64,000 nucleotides of DNA from Zygnema circumcarinatum SAG 698-1b (GCA_037447605.1 CM074810.1:806001-870000); one strand, 5' to 3'. Positions 37,842 through 60,024 are shown, counted from the first letter of the stretch. The notes: generated by a model not told the origin, from the sequence alone. Made by a program: numbers and translations.

Positions 37842-38609
37842 TCAAATTCTCTTTCCTGCAATCTCTTCAAACTCTGTCTCCTCGCCGCTTTCAACTTCAT
37901 TCGGAAAAAAACCTTCTGTTTTAATAAATTCCCAAGGACCCGGCCATGCTTCCACACGATCCTCCCCGAGAGGAGATGTTTCCTCAACAACCACTGTCGA
38001 TTCCGCCATCTCCGCAATGTTACCGTGCCTCCAAGCAGGCTCCATATTGAAAGCCTCTTGCTCCAGAACTGCTACCTTGTAATCGTAAGTCTCTAATGCA
38101 ACACAAAGCTCTGACAGCAACTTTTGATAAAGAGGCTGAGATTCGAACCTGCTGTGGAACCTTTTCGAGTTTAGTGAGTTTAATGGCGCCTCTCCTCTCC
38201 TCTCTGCGGCAAGCATTGCAGCCGCAGCATTCATAGCTGCTTTTGCCTTTGAACTCGCCTGCTTCTGCCAACAAAACTGTAACCTTTCAGCAGCCGCTGC
38301 CCTCGCCTCCGCCATGGTTGCTGCTGCAATCTCCCTGGCAATGCTTGGTGGCCCTTTTTTGACATACGGAATCACAGGTCGCTCATTTTCTGAATCTGCA
38401 CCTGAATCTGCTTCCGCCAAAGCTGCCTCTGCCTCCTTCTTGGCGGTGCTTGGTGGCTTCTTCCTCACATACTCAATCACGGCCTTTCCATTTCCTGAAT
38501 CTGAGTGTGCTTTCGTCCTTGCACCCGCCTGCTCTACCTTTTCAGAAGCGGCTGCCTTGGCCTTCACCATGGTTGCCGCTGCAACCTTCCTGCTTATACT
38601 TGCTTGCAC
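37842..38609 (-). CDS. Hypothetical Ala-rich protein with internal repeats and a coiled-coil-like segment
   Basis: 255-codon open frame with a CAG acceptor just upstream of its 5' end and degenerate repeats (VIxYVxKxPPSxA(R/K)...AAATMAEA). No family recognised. Confidence 0.5.
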   Translation of the reverse strand: MQASISRKVAAATMVKAKAAASEKVEQAGARTKAHSDSGNGKAVIEYVRKKPPSTAKKEAEAALAEADSGADSENERPVIPYVKKGPPSIAREIAAATMAEARAAAAERLQFCWQKQASSKAKAAMNAAAAMLAAERRGEAPLNSLNSKRFHSRFESQPLYQKLLSELCVALETYDYKVAVLEQEAFNMEPAWRHGNIAEMAESTVVVEETSPLGEDRVEAWPGPWEFIKTEGFFPNEVESGEETEFEEIAGKRI

Positions 38610-39064
38610 ATTTCTGGGGGGTTGAAGAATAAAATTTTCATATTGTGAACGTAAATCTGAGCCTGCATCTAAAGCCGAAGTGTGGTTTTCTACTTGATCT
38701 GCAGTCTACCAGCCATCGTCCATCCCCGATATCAATAAGTTCTGTCTATAAAAAAAAAGGAATCTTGTCAGAATGCAGCGATGTACAAGAGCGTGAGATC
38801 TGCAGATATCTACCGTATGTGAAAAAGCAAATTTCTTTACATGGAAATCGCCTCTCTTTGCTCAGGAAGGCGCTCTGGAAGGCCGCTCGGCCGGCGGCAC
38901 TTGGCGGGAAAAAAAGAATTTTTCTTACCTGCCCGACATCGTCCCTTGCCCCTCCGATTGGCTATCGGGATTTTTTTTAAGAAACCGAATTTTACAAGGT
39001 TTTATTTTTTCCAAATTTTCCTTTCCCTATTAGTATTCAAACCGCCGGTTTCTCGCGTTCCTCC

Positions 39065-39095
<31 letters not shown>

Positions 39096-39541
39096 CTCTG
39101 AGTTTAGGACCGTTTTTCCTCTCCCCGCATTTTCGGAAACTTTGAGCCATCTCTATGTTCCGATATTTTCCGCGGAGCGACTAATCCAATGGTATTTTCC
39201 ACGTGGAAATATGCTTCACGTGGCAAATTCTCATTGGTCTAGAGGTGCTCAATTAGGGATGTCACGAAGTCGAGATGAAATAAATGTACGGACAAATCCA
39301 ACATGGAAAACCAAACGGAACTGGTCACAGCTGAACTGAGAACAACTTTATTGCATAGAAAACGTCACATGTGTGGCTAACAGTTCCACAGTTGACATGG
39401 AAACAGAGTTCGCGCACTCCCCAAGCTTCGCCTCTCGCCCTCCCTCTCCTCTCCTCTCTATCTCTCCCTCTCGTCTCCTTCTCCCTCCCTCCAACCTCCC
39501 TCCCTCCCTCCCTCCCTCGCCAGCAGAAGCTCGTGGCCGCC

Positions 39542-40894
39542 ATGCCGCCTCCGCTTTTCCGGCTGGCGAGTGGCGCTGAGATTCCCGCGGTTGGGTTTGG
39601 AACGGGCACAGCGTGGTTCAATGTTGGCGGCAACGAGGCGAGCAAGCCTCTGAACGACTCGCTCATCGCCAGCATCAAGAGTGCCATAGCGGTTGGATAC
39701 ACTCATCTGGATGGGGCTGAGGTGGGGAGCTTCTCTCCTGCAGGGTAGTGCGCTTCCTGGGCTAAAAAATCATGGAAGATTGAACTCAAGAAGGTTCATT
39801 AAACGCAAATTGCTATTGTTTTTTGTAAATAAAGCATTTTCGGCACACAGCGGCTAATAATCGTTTAAGGATGACTTATTTGATTTTTTCAATGTTTCAA
39901 GGATTCAGGAGAATTGGGTTCCTTATGCTGGGTTCTGTGATTTGTTGGTCCGTGCATTCGAAATCATTTCCATGAGTTGGAGTTTGCAATTTCTCTATAA
40001 TTATTTCCTTAGCACTGATTCTATTTTTCCAGAATAATAACAATATGGCGTAACACGCGGAGTAGTGCACTTCCTATTATGCCAATTCCAGGTTCTACCA
40101 TCATTAAAACAGTGCGCGAGCTTGAAGTGACGGTTCTGACAAGTATTACGAGCCCTCTCTTATAGAGATTTTTTAGTGAATTGCAGATATATGGAACAGA
40201 GCGTGAGCTTGGAACAGCAATCAAAGAATCAGGAGTCCCAAGGGATAAGCTTTTTGTAACGTCCAAAGTATGGCCTACCATCGCAGATCCTTTTGAAGCT
40301 GCAAAGGCTTCACTCGCACGGCTGCAACTGGACTATGTGGACCTCTTTTTGATTCACGCCCCCTTCTTTTCAGTGGAGACTCATGGCATCGATCTACCGG
40401 AAGCTTGGAAGGCTATGGAGAAAGTGCATGAGCAAGGCCTAGCGAAAGCTATCGGAGTATCTAACTTCCGGATCACTGACCTAAAAACGGTTTTGGCCAC
40501 CGCGAAAGTCAAGCCAGTGGTGAACCAAATCGAGTTCAATCCTTACTTGCAAAGTCCAGATTTAGTCAAGTTCTGCGAGGAAAACGGTATCCTTGTGGAG
40601 GCATATGCTCCCCTTTGCCCTATCACCCTGAATCCTGGTGGCCCCTTAGATCCCGTGCTCAGCGACATCAGCCAAAAGTACGGCAAAACTCCAGGCCAAG
40701 TGCTTCTGAGGTGGACCAACCAGAAGGGAGTGGTCGCCCTGACTACATCCAGCAAGCCGGTGAGGCAGGCGGAGCTTTTGGCAGTCGATGACTTCAGTTT
40801 GACGGAGGAGGAGGTGGCGAGGATCAGCGAGGAGGGAAAGAAAGTTCATTTTCGCAAATATTGGGCCAAGAATTTCAATGATGCCAAGTTGTGA
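39542..40894 (+). CDS. Aldo-keto reductase, resembling the fungal AKR3C group (exons 39542-39721 and 40187-40894)
   Basis: IPAVGFGTGTAWF, LDGAE|IYGTE, FVTSKV, LFLIHAP (complete D-Y-K-H tetrad), IGVSNFR, NQIEFNP, EAYAPL, VLLRW, TTSSK and HFRKYW. Confidence 0.93.
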
Positions 40895-41564
40895 AGGGAA
40901 GGGAGGAGGAGGCCCTTCCAGAGCACGTTTTGGGACTTGACTCGAAATAAATTTGAAGAGGAGATGTCGCATTTGTTGAGGTGCAGGTCACGCCCTTTTG
41001 GGGAAAGGGACAGGCACCATTGGATTGTAGAATCATGTATAGCAGTGGTAAATTGTAGTGAAGGTAAATTATTTATAAAAAGTTTAGTGTAGCTGGACGT
41101 TTTCTCATTTTCATGATTTGCCAAGCGTTTGGAGCTTGTTGACAGAGCGACTTTTAAGACTGACAGACGTGATCAGGTTTGAAGACAAAAGAACACCTTT
41201 GACATGTTAGTAGTAGTGAGCCGCAGAGAAATAAATTTCATACATGTGCCGATGCCAATGCCTTCGTTAGAACAAGAGAATTTCATTGAAGCTCCTTTGA
41301 ATCTACGTCAAATTTTGTGAAGTCACATATCCAATCCTCCCTTACCAGCTCAAAGCGAGGACATCCAAAGGATGCTAACACCATCCGGTCATACGGACGA
41401 CATATTAAGATCTCAAATTCAGCGCAGACCAAAATTTTAGGAGCAAAAACCGCTCGTCATAACAAAAACATTAAGAGATTATTGTCCTTCCGATCAACAC
41501 CTTTTCTTTTCCAGCCAACATCTTTTACTTTTTTCTAAAGCACAAGAAATCTACCCGTGCCCTT

Positions 41565-44500
41565 TCAGATGTACTTCATCCCTGCTAGTCTGACATGCCG
41601 CGAGATGAAGTAGTGCATGGCAGCATAGAGGAGCCCCACTGCTGCCACCGCCTTGATGGACCCAATATCCGCCAAAAGGGCCCCGGGGAGGTTCAAGGGA
41701 CTGATTACCAGTAGTAGGTAGTCCGACTGACGCACATAGTCCCACATGAATTTGTTGAAAGCAACATGGTTCGGAACTGCTAGGGCCAAAAGGGCAAAGT
41801 TTTTAAGGGCATAGAAGATGCCACCAGGTTCATGATCCAAAGCCCAACTGCCGTACCATAGATCGTCAAAGAGCCGCCAAGATGCACATGTGACGAGGAA
41901 GAGGGATACGGCGAGTGTGAGGGGGAAGTAGCGCTGCCGGTCGGTGAAGGAGGTGAGGAGGTTGGCGTCCTGGTTGAGGAGGAGGAGGATGGGGGCAATG
42001 GCGAAAATGGAACGGTCGGAGTTTGCGGTGAGGGAGTTGTTGATGTAGAGAGCGAGGATGAAGGAGAGGATGGTGGAGATGTTGCCAATTACGGGCAGCC
42101 AAGCACCTTCTGCGACCATTTTCTTGATTGCAAAGGACTTGATGATATTTGGGCGGCGCTGTGGTACAAGAGGCCACAACTGACATCAGTGGAGGGTTTT
42201 ATTTAAAGCTGAAAGTGGTCATAGTGAGAAGCAGCCTCATCACTGTGTATCCTTCTGAAAGCACAAGACCAGCATCTCCGCCTTGCAGTCTATGCAAGAA
42301 AGCAGAGTTTCAGTGTCCTCCCGCAAAAGTTAGAGAACAAAGATTTCAAGGTACGTGACTACCACGTCAAAACGTCAAGAAACCTTGTCTTTGTTCACAG
42401 GCAGGATATCACTCCAGAAGTCTTCCTGAAAGTGAAAGAATCTATACACCTTCAACGATCACAAGGATTGCAGTTTTGCTGGTTTCTGCTCCGTCTGTCA
42501 TTTCCATTTAGCAAATAATCTGAGACCTAAAAGGGTCAGGATAGGCATACCTGAATATTTCGATGTTTTGGCGCAAAAGGTGAGTGGTTTGGAAGTCCCT
42601 TTCCTGGTCCAGCATTGTGCTTGTCCCGGAGAAGGGTGGCCAGCTTAAGCTTCACTATGAGAGCGATGAGCAGTAGGATGGCGCAGTACATTGCAACAAG
42701 GGAGTTTTGGGCCTCCTGCATGGGACTCTCCCCTCCTCCTTCCTTTCAGATTCAGCAACAAAAATCAATCCCCAAAGCTATCACCTCTCTCTCTCCATTG
42801 CCATTCCTACATGAGCAACAGTCATTGGCTCTTGCTGAACCACACAGTATAAGGAATGATTCTGCACTGTACTTTTTAAGGATTGGCATAAGCTGGGAAA
42901 GTTTAGAAAGTTTGGAATAAAAACGTAGCACATTCAATCTCTAAGCAGTCATATGCTCCACCTCACAGTTGGTTTACTGTTTGCCAACGTTCCTCAGCTT
43001 TTGTTACTCTTTTTTCTTCTGTATCATGCTAAACAAACATCCCAAACTTACTTAAGTCATTTAAAGTGCATTGAAGATGATTCTCACCGTTACAGCAAGC
43101 TCATCGTAATAGTCATAACTGTCCGCTGCTGTCTCCTGATCGATCTTCTTCTTTCCAAGACTGAGTGACCCCCATGCAATTGGTAGCAGTCCGACCAGTC
43201 CCGCATACACTCCCGGCAAAACTTTGGGACTCCATGAAGATGGCTGATGAGTGAATACGAGAAAAACTCCGGCACAAGTTGTTCCTAGGATGATGAAGAG
43301 GTGAGATATTGGGAACTCTGCAAAGTATTGGACACAGAGGTATATGCCTCCTGCAGCTCCAATTCCAAAAGCATATGCTAACCGAATTGCCGACACCTGC
43401 TCCCCCCCAAAAGTGTTCTAGAAGGTGTGAGAGCAAAGCTGGAACAGGCAGAGAGACTTTTCTAGAGGACATTTTCTGAGGAAATTTTGAGTACAGCAAC
43501 CACTTTCTGCAATGCAAATGTTAGTATGGTTTAATGGGTAGTCTTTTTAATCCCAACCTGTGCGACAGGGAGCGTTGAAGTTGACGCTGCAAGCGTGGCA
43601 ATGATGACCCCCCAAAGTAGCCATGCTGACCATGATGGGCCATGCACTGTTGACCCATAGATTTCTGCATCATCCGGCTCTGTATCAGGCATGTGCATAT
43701 CGTCCCATAGGAGATGCCCCCCAACCGGAACAGGAGGTTGCAACGCAATGAAGACGAGGGCTGCTGCAAACACGAGAACAGCCGTTCTCCGAGCAACCTG
43801 CACAAGGTGAAAAAACAACTCGATTTGCAATAATTAAAGTCCTTGTGACAGTGTTTCTTCCTCGTGCTTCTTAAGAGAATGTAGAAGTTGGGGCCGTATT
43901 CCTTCTTCTGGTAGAGATAAGGTGACCTCAGCTTTTCTGCTATCGTCAATACATTTCGTTTGGCTTGTCTTGTTTGGCCAGAAAGAATGTAGAATCGAGT
44001 GAGGTGGAATTCACTCCCCACTTGCAGAAAAATGGCCGACAGAGCAAAGTTTGAGCTTACCGGCACGTGGGGAAAGTGGTAGGTGATGATGGGAAGGCAG
44101 GCAGTCACACAGGCGAGCAAAAGAACTCCAAGGAGGAGGCTATGGGAAGGGCGGCGGCCATTCCACCATAGAAGCGCATCAAATAGAGTGTAGCGGCACA
44201 GCCATAGGGCAACAGCAACTGTGACCACATGGAACATGCCCTGCCATGGTTTCATTTTTGTTCCTCCCTTCACTTTATCCCTGCACCAGTTCACAATCAG
44301 AACAAGGGTCCTCCTCAGGCGAATGATCTTCTCTCCTATGGCCAAACCTCATCGTCAAATGCTGTGCAAAACATGAGGAGGATACCAAAACATGAAGCTA
44401 TGAAAGTAGGCTCATTCCATGTGAACTTACTTGTAGAAAAACAGAGGCGGTGTGATGGCAAGCATCAACATGACGCTGGCCCATACAATGTTGCTGGAGG

Positions 44501-47500
44501 ATACCAACAGCATTGGCAGCTTAGCAAGGTAAAAGCATGTGCCGATCCAAGCTGCCCAAGGTCCCATTTTCTTATCTGCCTCTAACCGTCGAGCAGCAAC
44601 ACAACCAGCAGCGGTAGTAAGGATCACAAGGTAGCTCGGATATAGCCCCTCCTCATCGTGTCCTAAGTTGTAAAACCGGTTTTCCACTCTGCAGACCGTG
44701 GATGTGTCCATTAGCAAAAACTTCAATGATATTCATGGATGAAAGGGTTTCAATCCAGCAGAACTGAGAGCACAAAACTCTAGCTAAGCTTTTCCATATT
44801 GTCCAACTTTTTAAGGCTTATCAGCAAGAGAAGGAGGTAGGGCGAATGCTCTCAGACACACACCTGCATACGAGGAAAGCCTGGATGACAAATGCCAAGT
44901 CTACTAGCAACTGTGCTTTGGGTAACAGAGTGACCCCAGGAACGAGCAACGCCATAGTGAAGCTGCACAGTAGAAGTGTGCATATGGGCCGAATGTTCAT
45001 TCCGCCAAGGGAGACTTCCAAAAACCAGAAGTTGTGGAGGATAAACCACGCTGCTGAGAGGGTGGAGGAGAGAAGAAAGATGAAGTAAGCGGCAGGGCTG
45101 CCTGTTGAGTAGTACTGAGCCAGATACACTGCTCCAATAGCAGGAGCAGGAATAATCTGCAGGCAGTTAAGAAAGCAGCATAAGGGTCCGTGTTCCTGCT
45201 AGAGGATTCTCCGTTCTAAGAATGTCCATGCGGACACTTTGTCAGCTCTAAGCATCGACACTGCCTAGATGGGTACGTCCATGTCTTAATGCCATCATTC
45301 TGAATATTGTTAAATTGAGGTTTTGTAAACTTGCATTCTTCCTTCTGCACTTTTTTCACTCGGATTCCTCCCAAGAGCTATGCATTCGCGTAATTCCTAT
45401 CGACGATTTTGTTTCATAAGATTTGTAACAATCATTAACCTGCCACGCTCTACGATGTAGTTTGAATGCTCAACTCCAAAGACTGCAATCAAAAGTTCAC
45501 TTTTTAATTCTTCAACTCAACGTACGGTTTTTTTTCATGATGCAGTATGCTCAACTTAATGTAAGCGCATGCTGCTTCCGCGTCTTGACCAAAAGGACAC
45601 TCACTCTTGAGAACGATGCAATTGTTAAGCTACCAGGCAATAAAACGTGCGCTATAAGGTGCTCAATAAATGAACATTCTTCTACTTCTGCCGTCACCTA
45701 CTTTTTTAAGTGATTGAACTAGCTGATTTCTTTAAGGATAGAAGCCCCCAACAACGCTGCAATTTACATCCTCGAATTCAGCTTACTAATCACAAGCCCG
45801 ACACTCAATGGCAGTGACGCAATCGTTGCGACCTAATTTACCATAAAAGTTTTTCAGCAGTTATATTCCTGACGTGCCACAACGCATAGGAGTAGACGAA
45901 TCTTGCCCTCGTCATGAAAAACGATCAGGTTCCCATTTGAAGAAGAGAGCTTACCTTCCAAGGCATGCCGACCACAATGGACCCTGCGACCGCCGAGACA
46001 ACCAGCACAGCAGACACCGCTGCCTTTCCAAAAGTTCCCTTTAACAAGCCCAGAACATGTGCCGCTGCTCCAAAACCTCCTCCATAGAGGGCAACAGTCA
46101 CCAGCATATAGTTAAAGGGTGCTGGTAACTGGATGTAATGGCCGAAAGATGTGAAGATGACCCGGATCTCCAAACATCCCAGCACAACTCCGAGCGCTAT
46201 TCCACCGTTGACCAACCGCACCTACAAGAGTCAACTTGCACCCACCATCATAAACTACAGGTCATACAATGTAGTTCTCTATAAACATTCAATGTCGAGA
46301 TCATATAAGGTATGTAGTGAAATTAGGAACTCCTCTCATAGGCTCGACAGCACCGGTGGGGTTTTTTAAAGTGGCTTTTGTCCTTAACGGAAAGAAGTTG
46401 GTAGAATACCCCTTCCTCACAAGGTTGAAAAACAGCAGAGTCATGCGGGGAGTGACCTTCTCAATATTGAAAATGTATAAGGAGGAGAATTCGTATAGTT
46501 TACGTATAGAAACTAATGCAAGGGCCGGTGACATTCATTACCAGGTAAGCTAACGAATCTGTTTCTAAAAAGGCATGCATGGGAATCCCAAAGGTTGATA
46601 CGGAGAATCAAATGCTAGTGTTTCGTCTTTCTGGCTCTGTCTGCTTCGTCAATATCATGGTAAAATGGGTTCATCGCATGAAGAGATACTGAAGTTATGA
46701 GATGGGATAACGAAACCAGCCAGGGAGAGGCACTATTCAGAGGCACTTACTCTTGAAAAAAATGAGTTCACTGTGACTTGATCTTAATGAACGAACTTGC
46801 ATTTTACAAAAAGAAATACCGAAGAAGTCCAATTGCAGATACGTGATAAGCCTTGCGTTCCAGAAGTTATTCCACTAAACCTGCTTGCAATGAACCTACA
46901 TGAGATTAGCTTGTGATAAATCTCACCTGGCGTAGTAGGCGAGGATCCCGATAGATCCACCAAAGAGCTCCTCTGGTGGAGGCAAACAGCTGGAATAGTA
47001 ATGGTACGAAGAAAAGTAGGAGGTGGTCGCAGATTTCATTAATGGAGTGCAGGACCATTGAATGGTGAATTGCGAAGTGGAAAATAAGAGGTAAAAACAA
47101 AAGCACAAGTGTGTGTATGCAGCTCTCCAGTGGGCCCAAGATCGTTACATCTTCTGCGAACTGCCCTCCTAATGATCGATCGCCCTTACTACGAAATGAT
47201 GAGAGCTGAGGAATTGAGAATAGCCAGTAGAGAGTAAAGAGAATAGGCATGAGATAAAAGGGGGCGTGGGCTATGCCAACAGCTGCAACTACTCCCCATG
47301 TTTGTATCGCTGCGCCAGTGAGAGGGCAACACGCAAATAGAATGCGTTCTAGCGCGAGAACAACTGCTGGATGTTCCAACTGCAGCCATTTGAATTGCAG
47401 TGAAGTCCACACTCCGCAGAGAAAGATGACATGCATGCTTGTAAGAATCATGAGGCCAGAAAGAAGGGGAGGAATATGCGCAGAGCCGACACCTGTCAAA

Positions 47501-47829
47501 ACTAGGGCAATTCCTGTGGCGAAAAATGTCCCCCAGACGCCCAAAAATGCGCCATTCTTGAGCTGGAGAGCATCAAGAATGTAGGACAACATGAGCCCTG
47601 CAACGAGGGTCGCAACGACAGGAGTTCCTCCCGCTCCAAGAAGAACAAGGACGCATGGCAGAAGGGCAATAGCGACCCTTCCATTGTACTGAAATGTGTT
47701 TGGTGCATATCTACTCTCCCCGTTCAAGGAACTTGACGTTGCTGGCTCCGGCTGTCCTCCCTGAAAGCTTTGAGAGCGCTGCGGGGAGGCAAAGAGGTGC
47801 GCAGCTGAGGGCGGGCTCCGATTGTACAT
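41565..47829 (-). CDS. NEF1: NO EXINE FORMATION 1-like polytopic membrane protein
   Basis: N-terminal FQYNGRVAIALLPC...GGTPVVATLVAGLMLSYILDAL, WTSLQFKW, ALERILFACCP, QLFASTRGALWW; C-terminal SDRSIFAIAPILLLLNQD...RYFP...SRHVRLAGMKYI*. These match plant NEF1 as I recall it. Many hydrophobic internal exons. Confidence 0.9.
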
Positions 47830-48687
47830 CGCCGCTTGCACTCCTTGGCTGCCTATGGCAAGGGTGTGCTGCCGCCTTTCTCAAAGCCTGAACTCAAGAT
47901 CCACATTGGAAAGTTTACTGTAAGGCGGGAAATTGCACGAGACTTGGCCTCAAGAGATCTTCAGCAGAAAAGCTGTCGATATGAGAGAGATGGAGGAGAG
48001 ATGTGCGCGCCATATGCTGCCGGCTGCAGGGAGGGCATCGAAGCTAAGCCGGGGGGAGCGCAGGAGAAGGAGGGGCGGGTGGGGAAGGGGAAGGGCTGCA
48101 GCCTGCAGCGCATGGGGGGGGGGGGGGGGNNNNNNNNNNCCACCTTTTTCCAGTCAGCGCGCATGGGGGGATGTGCACATGGCATGTGGTGGGCTCGTCA
48201 TTTTCATGCACCATGTTGGGCTGGCTCACATTGGTTCTTTCTCCATGCCTGTTTGATGGCATTCATGCCATCACGAGACCATCTTTGGCTAGAAAAACCT
48301 CGCGCACTCTCAAATGGATGCGAGTTCTGCAACCCCAAGAATCGTGAAAGGTAAAAGGAAGGAGAATGATATGTTTGGGATATGTGTAGTGATGGACTGC
48401 ACAAAAGATCCCTCCTTGTTTGAATTAAACAATACACTAATGTGGACAATATCATATCCACAATATGGTCAATGCCTGTGTTGTGCGACAATGAGATGTG
48501 TCTACATGTTTGATCTCCTCTGTTCTTCGTGCTAAACCGGTGTTATGAGTCCTCGCGTATGGCATGGATGTTTAGTGAGCATGGTCCCACGCAAAGGGTG
48601 ACTTGTTGCACGGCGGCGACGTGTTGAACAACACGCAATGCTAGGGAGGAGGCCATGCCAAGCAGTCGTGCGCCACGTGATGAGTCG

Positions 48688-48935
48688 CATGCCATGCCAT
48701 GCCATGCCATGCCATGCCATGCCATGCAGGGGGCGACCAACCATGGGCGGACCTCCATCCCGAGCTCCATGAACCGCCTGCAGCGAGACTCCGGCATATG
48801 ACGTGGTCCGACGTGGCACATGACATGGTCCGCTGTGGCATTTTCCAACGTGGCACATGGTATGTGGCATGTGACATGGTCAGACGTGGCATGTGACATG
48901 GTCCGTTATGGCATGTGACGTGGTCCGACGTGGAC
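48688..48935. repeat. (GCCAT)7 followed by a ~22-bp imperfect tandem array rich in ACGTGG, upstream of NEF1
   Basis: gccat x7 at 48691-48725; units such as tgacatggtcagacgtggcatg repeat between ~48800 and 48933. Confidence 0.8.
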
Positions 48936-49738
48936 GCGATGTCACTACGGAGTCCGGTCGTTGACTCCACCGCTAGGAGGCAAAATCAACTTTTCGGGCC
49001 AATGCGTGGACGCCGCGTAACAATGCTCTTTACCTTCCCTTTCTGATTCCACTGTCCGTTTTCGACGGATCCGCAGTTCAAATTGTCAAAAGAGACAAAT
49101 CAGTCGCAACGGTTAGCGACCAACCATTGGTTGGCCTTCTAAGCGGCCTTTTATAAGTTAACTACTCCAATCAATCCATGCCACATCCGTGCCTGACCCC
49201 AATGGACGTTCACGAAGATGAGAGCGTGCGCACACAAACATGACACTACAGAAGCTGACACCAAAAACACATGAATAAGGGCCGTCCCTGCCGGATAAGA
49301 GCTGAATGTCGGGCACATCGAGGCTCTCCATTCACAGTAATGCTGAATCAATTAAACCAGCTGCAACAAGCTAAGGGCGAGCATTGAAAGGCAATCACTG
49401 CGATAGGCAGATTTATTCCTTTTGTTAGGGGGTGGCGGTCCTCGCTACATAGTACTCTGACATTTGGGAATTGCGCCAATGGGCTAGATCTTAGCACACG
49501 TCAATGCTTTGTTAATTAGTAGGTATGGAAACTCTAGAACATGCGGTGCCTGGCCGCCTCAATGACCACCACTGTAAACCAACATTCCACCTTTCCACCG
49601 GAGAAGCAAACAGCGGGAAACACTGTCCCATAACGATCAAGCAAAAGGAAGAGTGACTTTTGATAGCTCAAAAAGGCGGGGTATCTCTAGTTGCATCCTC
49701 CCAACGATACAGACTCGCCATCTGTTGCAGAAGCTTTC

Positions 49739-58666
<8,928 letters not shown>

Positions 58667-58928
58667 TGCTGCAGCGCCAGCCCTCTCCCCTCGCTCCTTT
58701 CTCCTCCTTCCAAGCGGAGCCCCTGCAGGCCTTCAGGCAGGCTCCAGTGCGATCCATAGTGAAGCACGTCCAATAGGGACCCGCCACGTTCCTGTGCACA
58801 CGTGGTACCTTCCCATTGGGCGATGAGCGAGGCCCTGAAAGCACATTTGGCAGAACCTTCTACGGGAAGCTGACGTGTCGATTACGTTCACAGCTCAAAA
58901 AATAATAAATATAAAAAAGAACTACTAT

Positions 58929-59038
58929 TTACACACCTTTTATATAGATACACAGCTCTTAAAAATTACCCTCAGTACCAAAAAACCCTGAATCTGGACA
59001 GCGAAAAAAGGTGTGTATCTAGATAAAAGGTGTGTAAA
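58929..59038. mobile_element. Small ~110-bp inverted-repeat element (MITE-like), copy 2
   Basis: Arms tttacacaccttttatatagatacaca and tgtgtatctagataaaaggtgtgtaaa differ by one mismatch; related to 27349-27466 in opposite orientation. Confidence 0.65.
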
Positions 59039-59080
59039 TAGCATTTTCCTAAATTAGAAGAACTTTCCGAGATAAAATAA

Positions 59081-60024
59081 GGGTAGTAATATTTCCACCC
59101 CTTTTTTGGATCCAAACACCCCTTCCCGGCCGGGCAGATTTAAAAAAGGATTAAAAACGGAAAATGCTTTCTTCACACCTTTTTGGAATCGATACCACCC
59201 TCCATCGGCAGATTTTATTTCTGCGAAACAAGGAAAATGATAACCCGTCACCCCATTTGAATATCCCGCCTACCTGATTTTTTTTTCACGCGTGCGGTCA
59301 ATCGCAGCCGTCGATTCCCTCGCAGATCGCAACACGGCAGATCACTATTTGATCTGCAGCCGGGCTCGGTCACAGCGCATGGCACGTGCCCACGTATCCC
59401 GCCAAAGTCCTCTTAAAAGTTTGTCCGTACAAATGTCGTACGGTCGAACTTGAGGAACCCAAAATTTCGTACATTGAGATCTTAAACCAATCAAAATTTT
59501 CCACGTCAAAAATTTAACACGTGGCAGATGTTGATTGGCTGGGAGCTAACAATGACGAGATCTCAGGCCGAGGGACGCGCGCACTCGCACGTGCGATCCG
59601 GCTTTGGCGGGACTCGTGGGCGCTTTCCATTCGCTAAGATCGAGCCCCGCTGCAGATCGAACGGTGATCTGCAGTGGTGCGATCTGCGAGGGAATCGACC
59701 GCTGCGATTTACACACACGTGTGAAGGACGGACACCCGCGAACGATCTCGTGGCGGACGGATCTGCCGCTCCGAGCGGATTCGGGCAGGCAGATATTTCT
59801 TTCCCGCAAAAAAAAATACAGGGAGGCGGGATACAGTATTCAAAATGCGGTGACGGGGTATCATTTTCCTTGGTTAGCAAAAATAAAATCAGCCGACGGA
59901 AGAAGCTGGGTATCGATTCCAAAAAGGTGTGAAAAAAGCATTTTCTGTTTTTAATCCCTTTTGAACTCTGCCCGGCCGGGAAGGGGTGTTTGGATCCAAA
60001 AAAGGGGTGGAAATATCACTACCC
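59081..60024 (-). mobile_element. Non-autonomous foldback DNA transposon, copy 3 (944 bp, inverted relative to copies 1 and 2), 8-bp TSD TAAAATAA
   Basis: Same TIRs; the interior is the reverse complement of copies 1 and 2. TSD at 59073-59080 and 60025-60032. Confidence 0.95.

Noticed and set aside
39542-40894. Fungal contaminant contig as explanation for the AKR
   Set aside because: It is embedded between plant-type genes with similar composition, CT-rich 5' flank and intron style; long reads should still confirm this.
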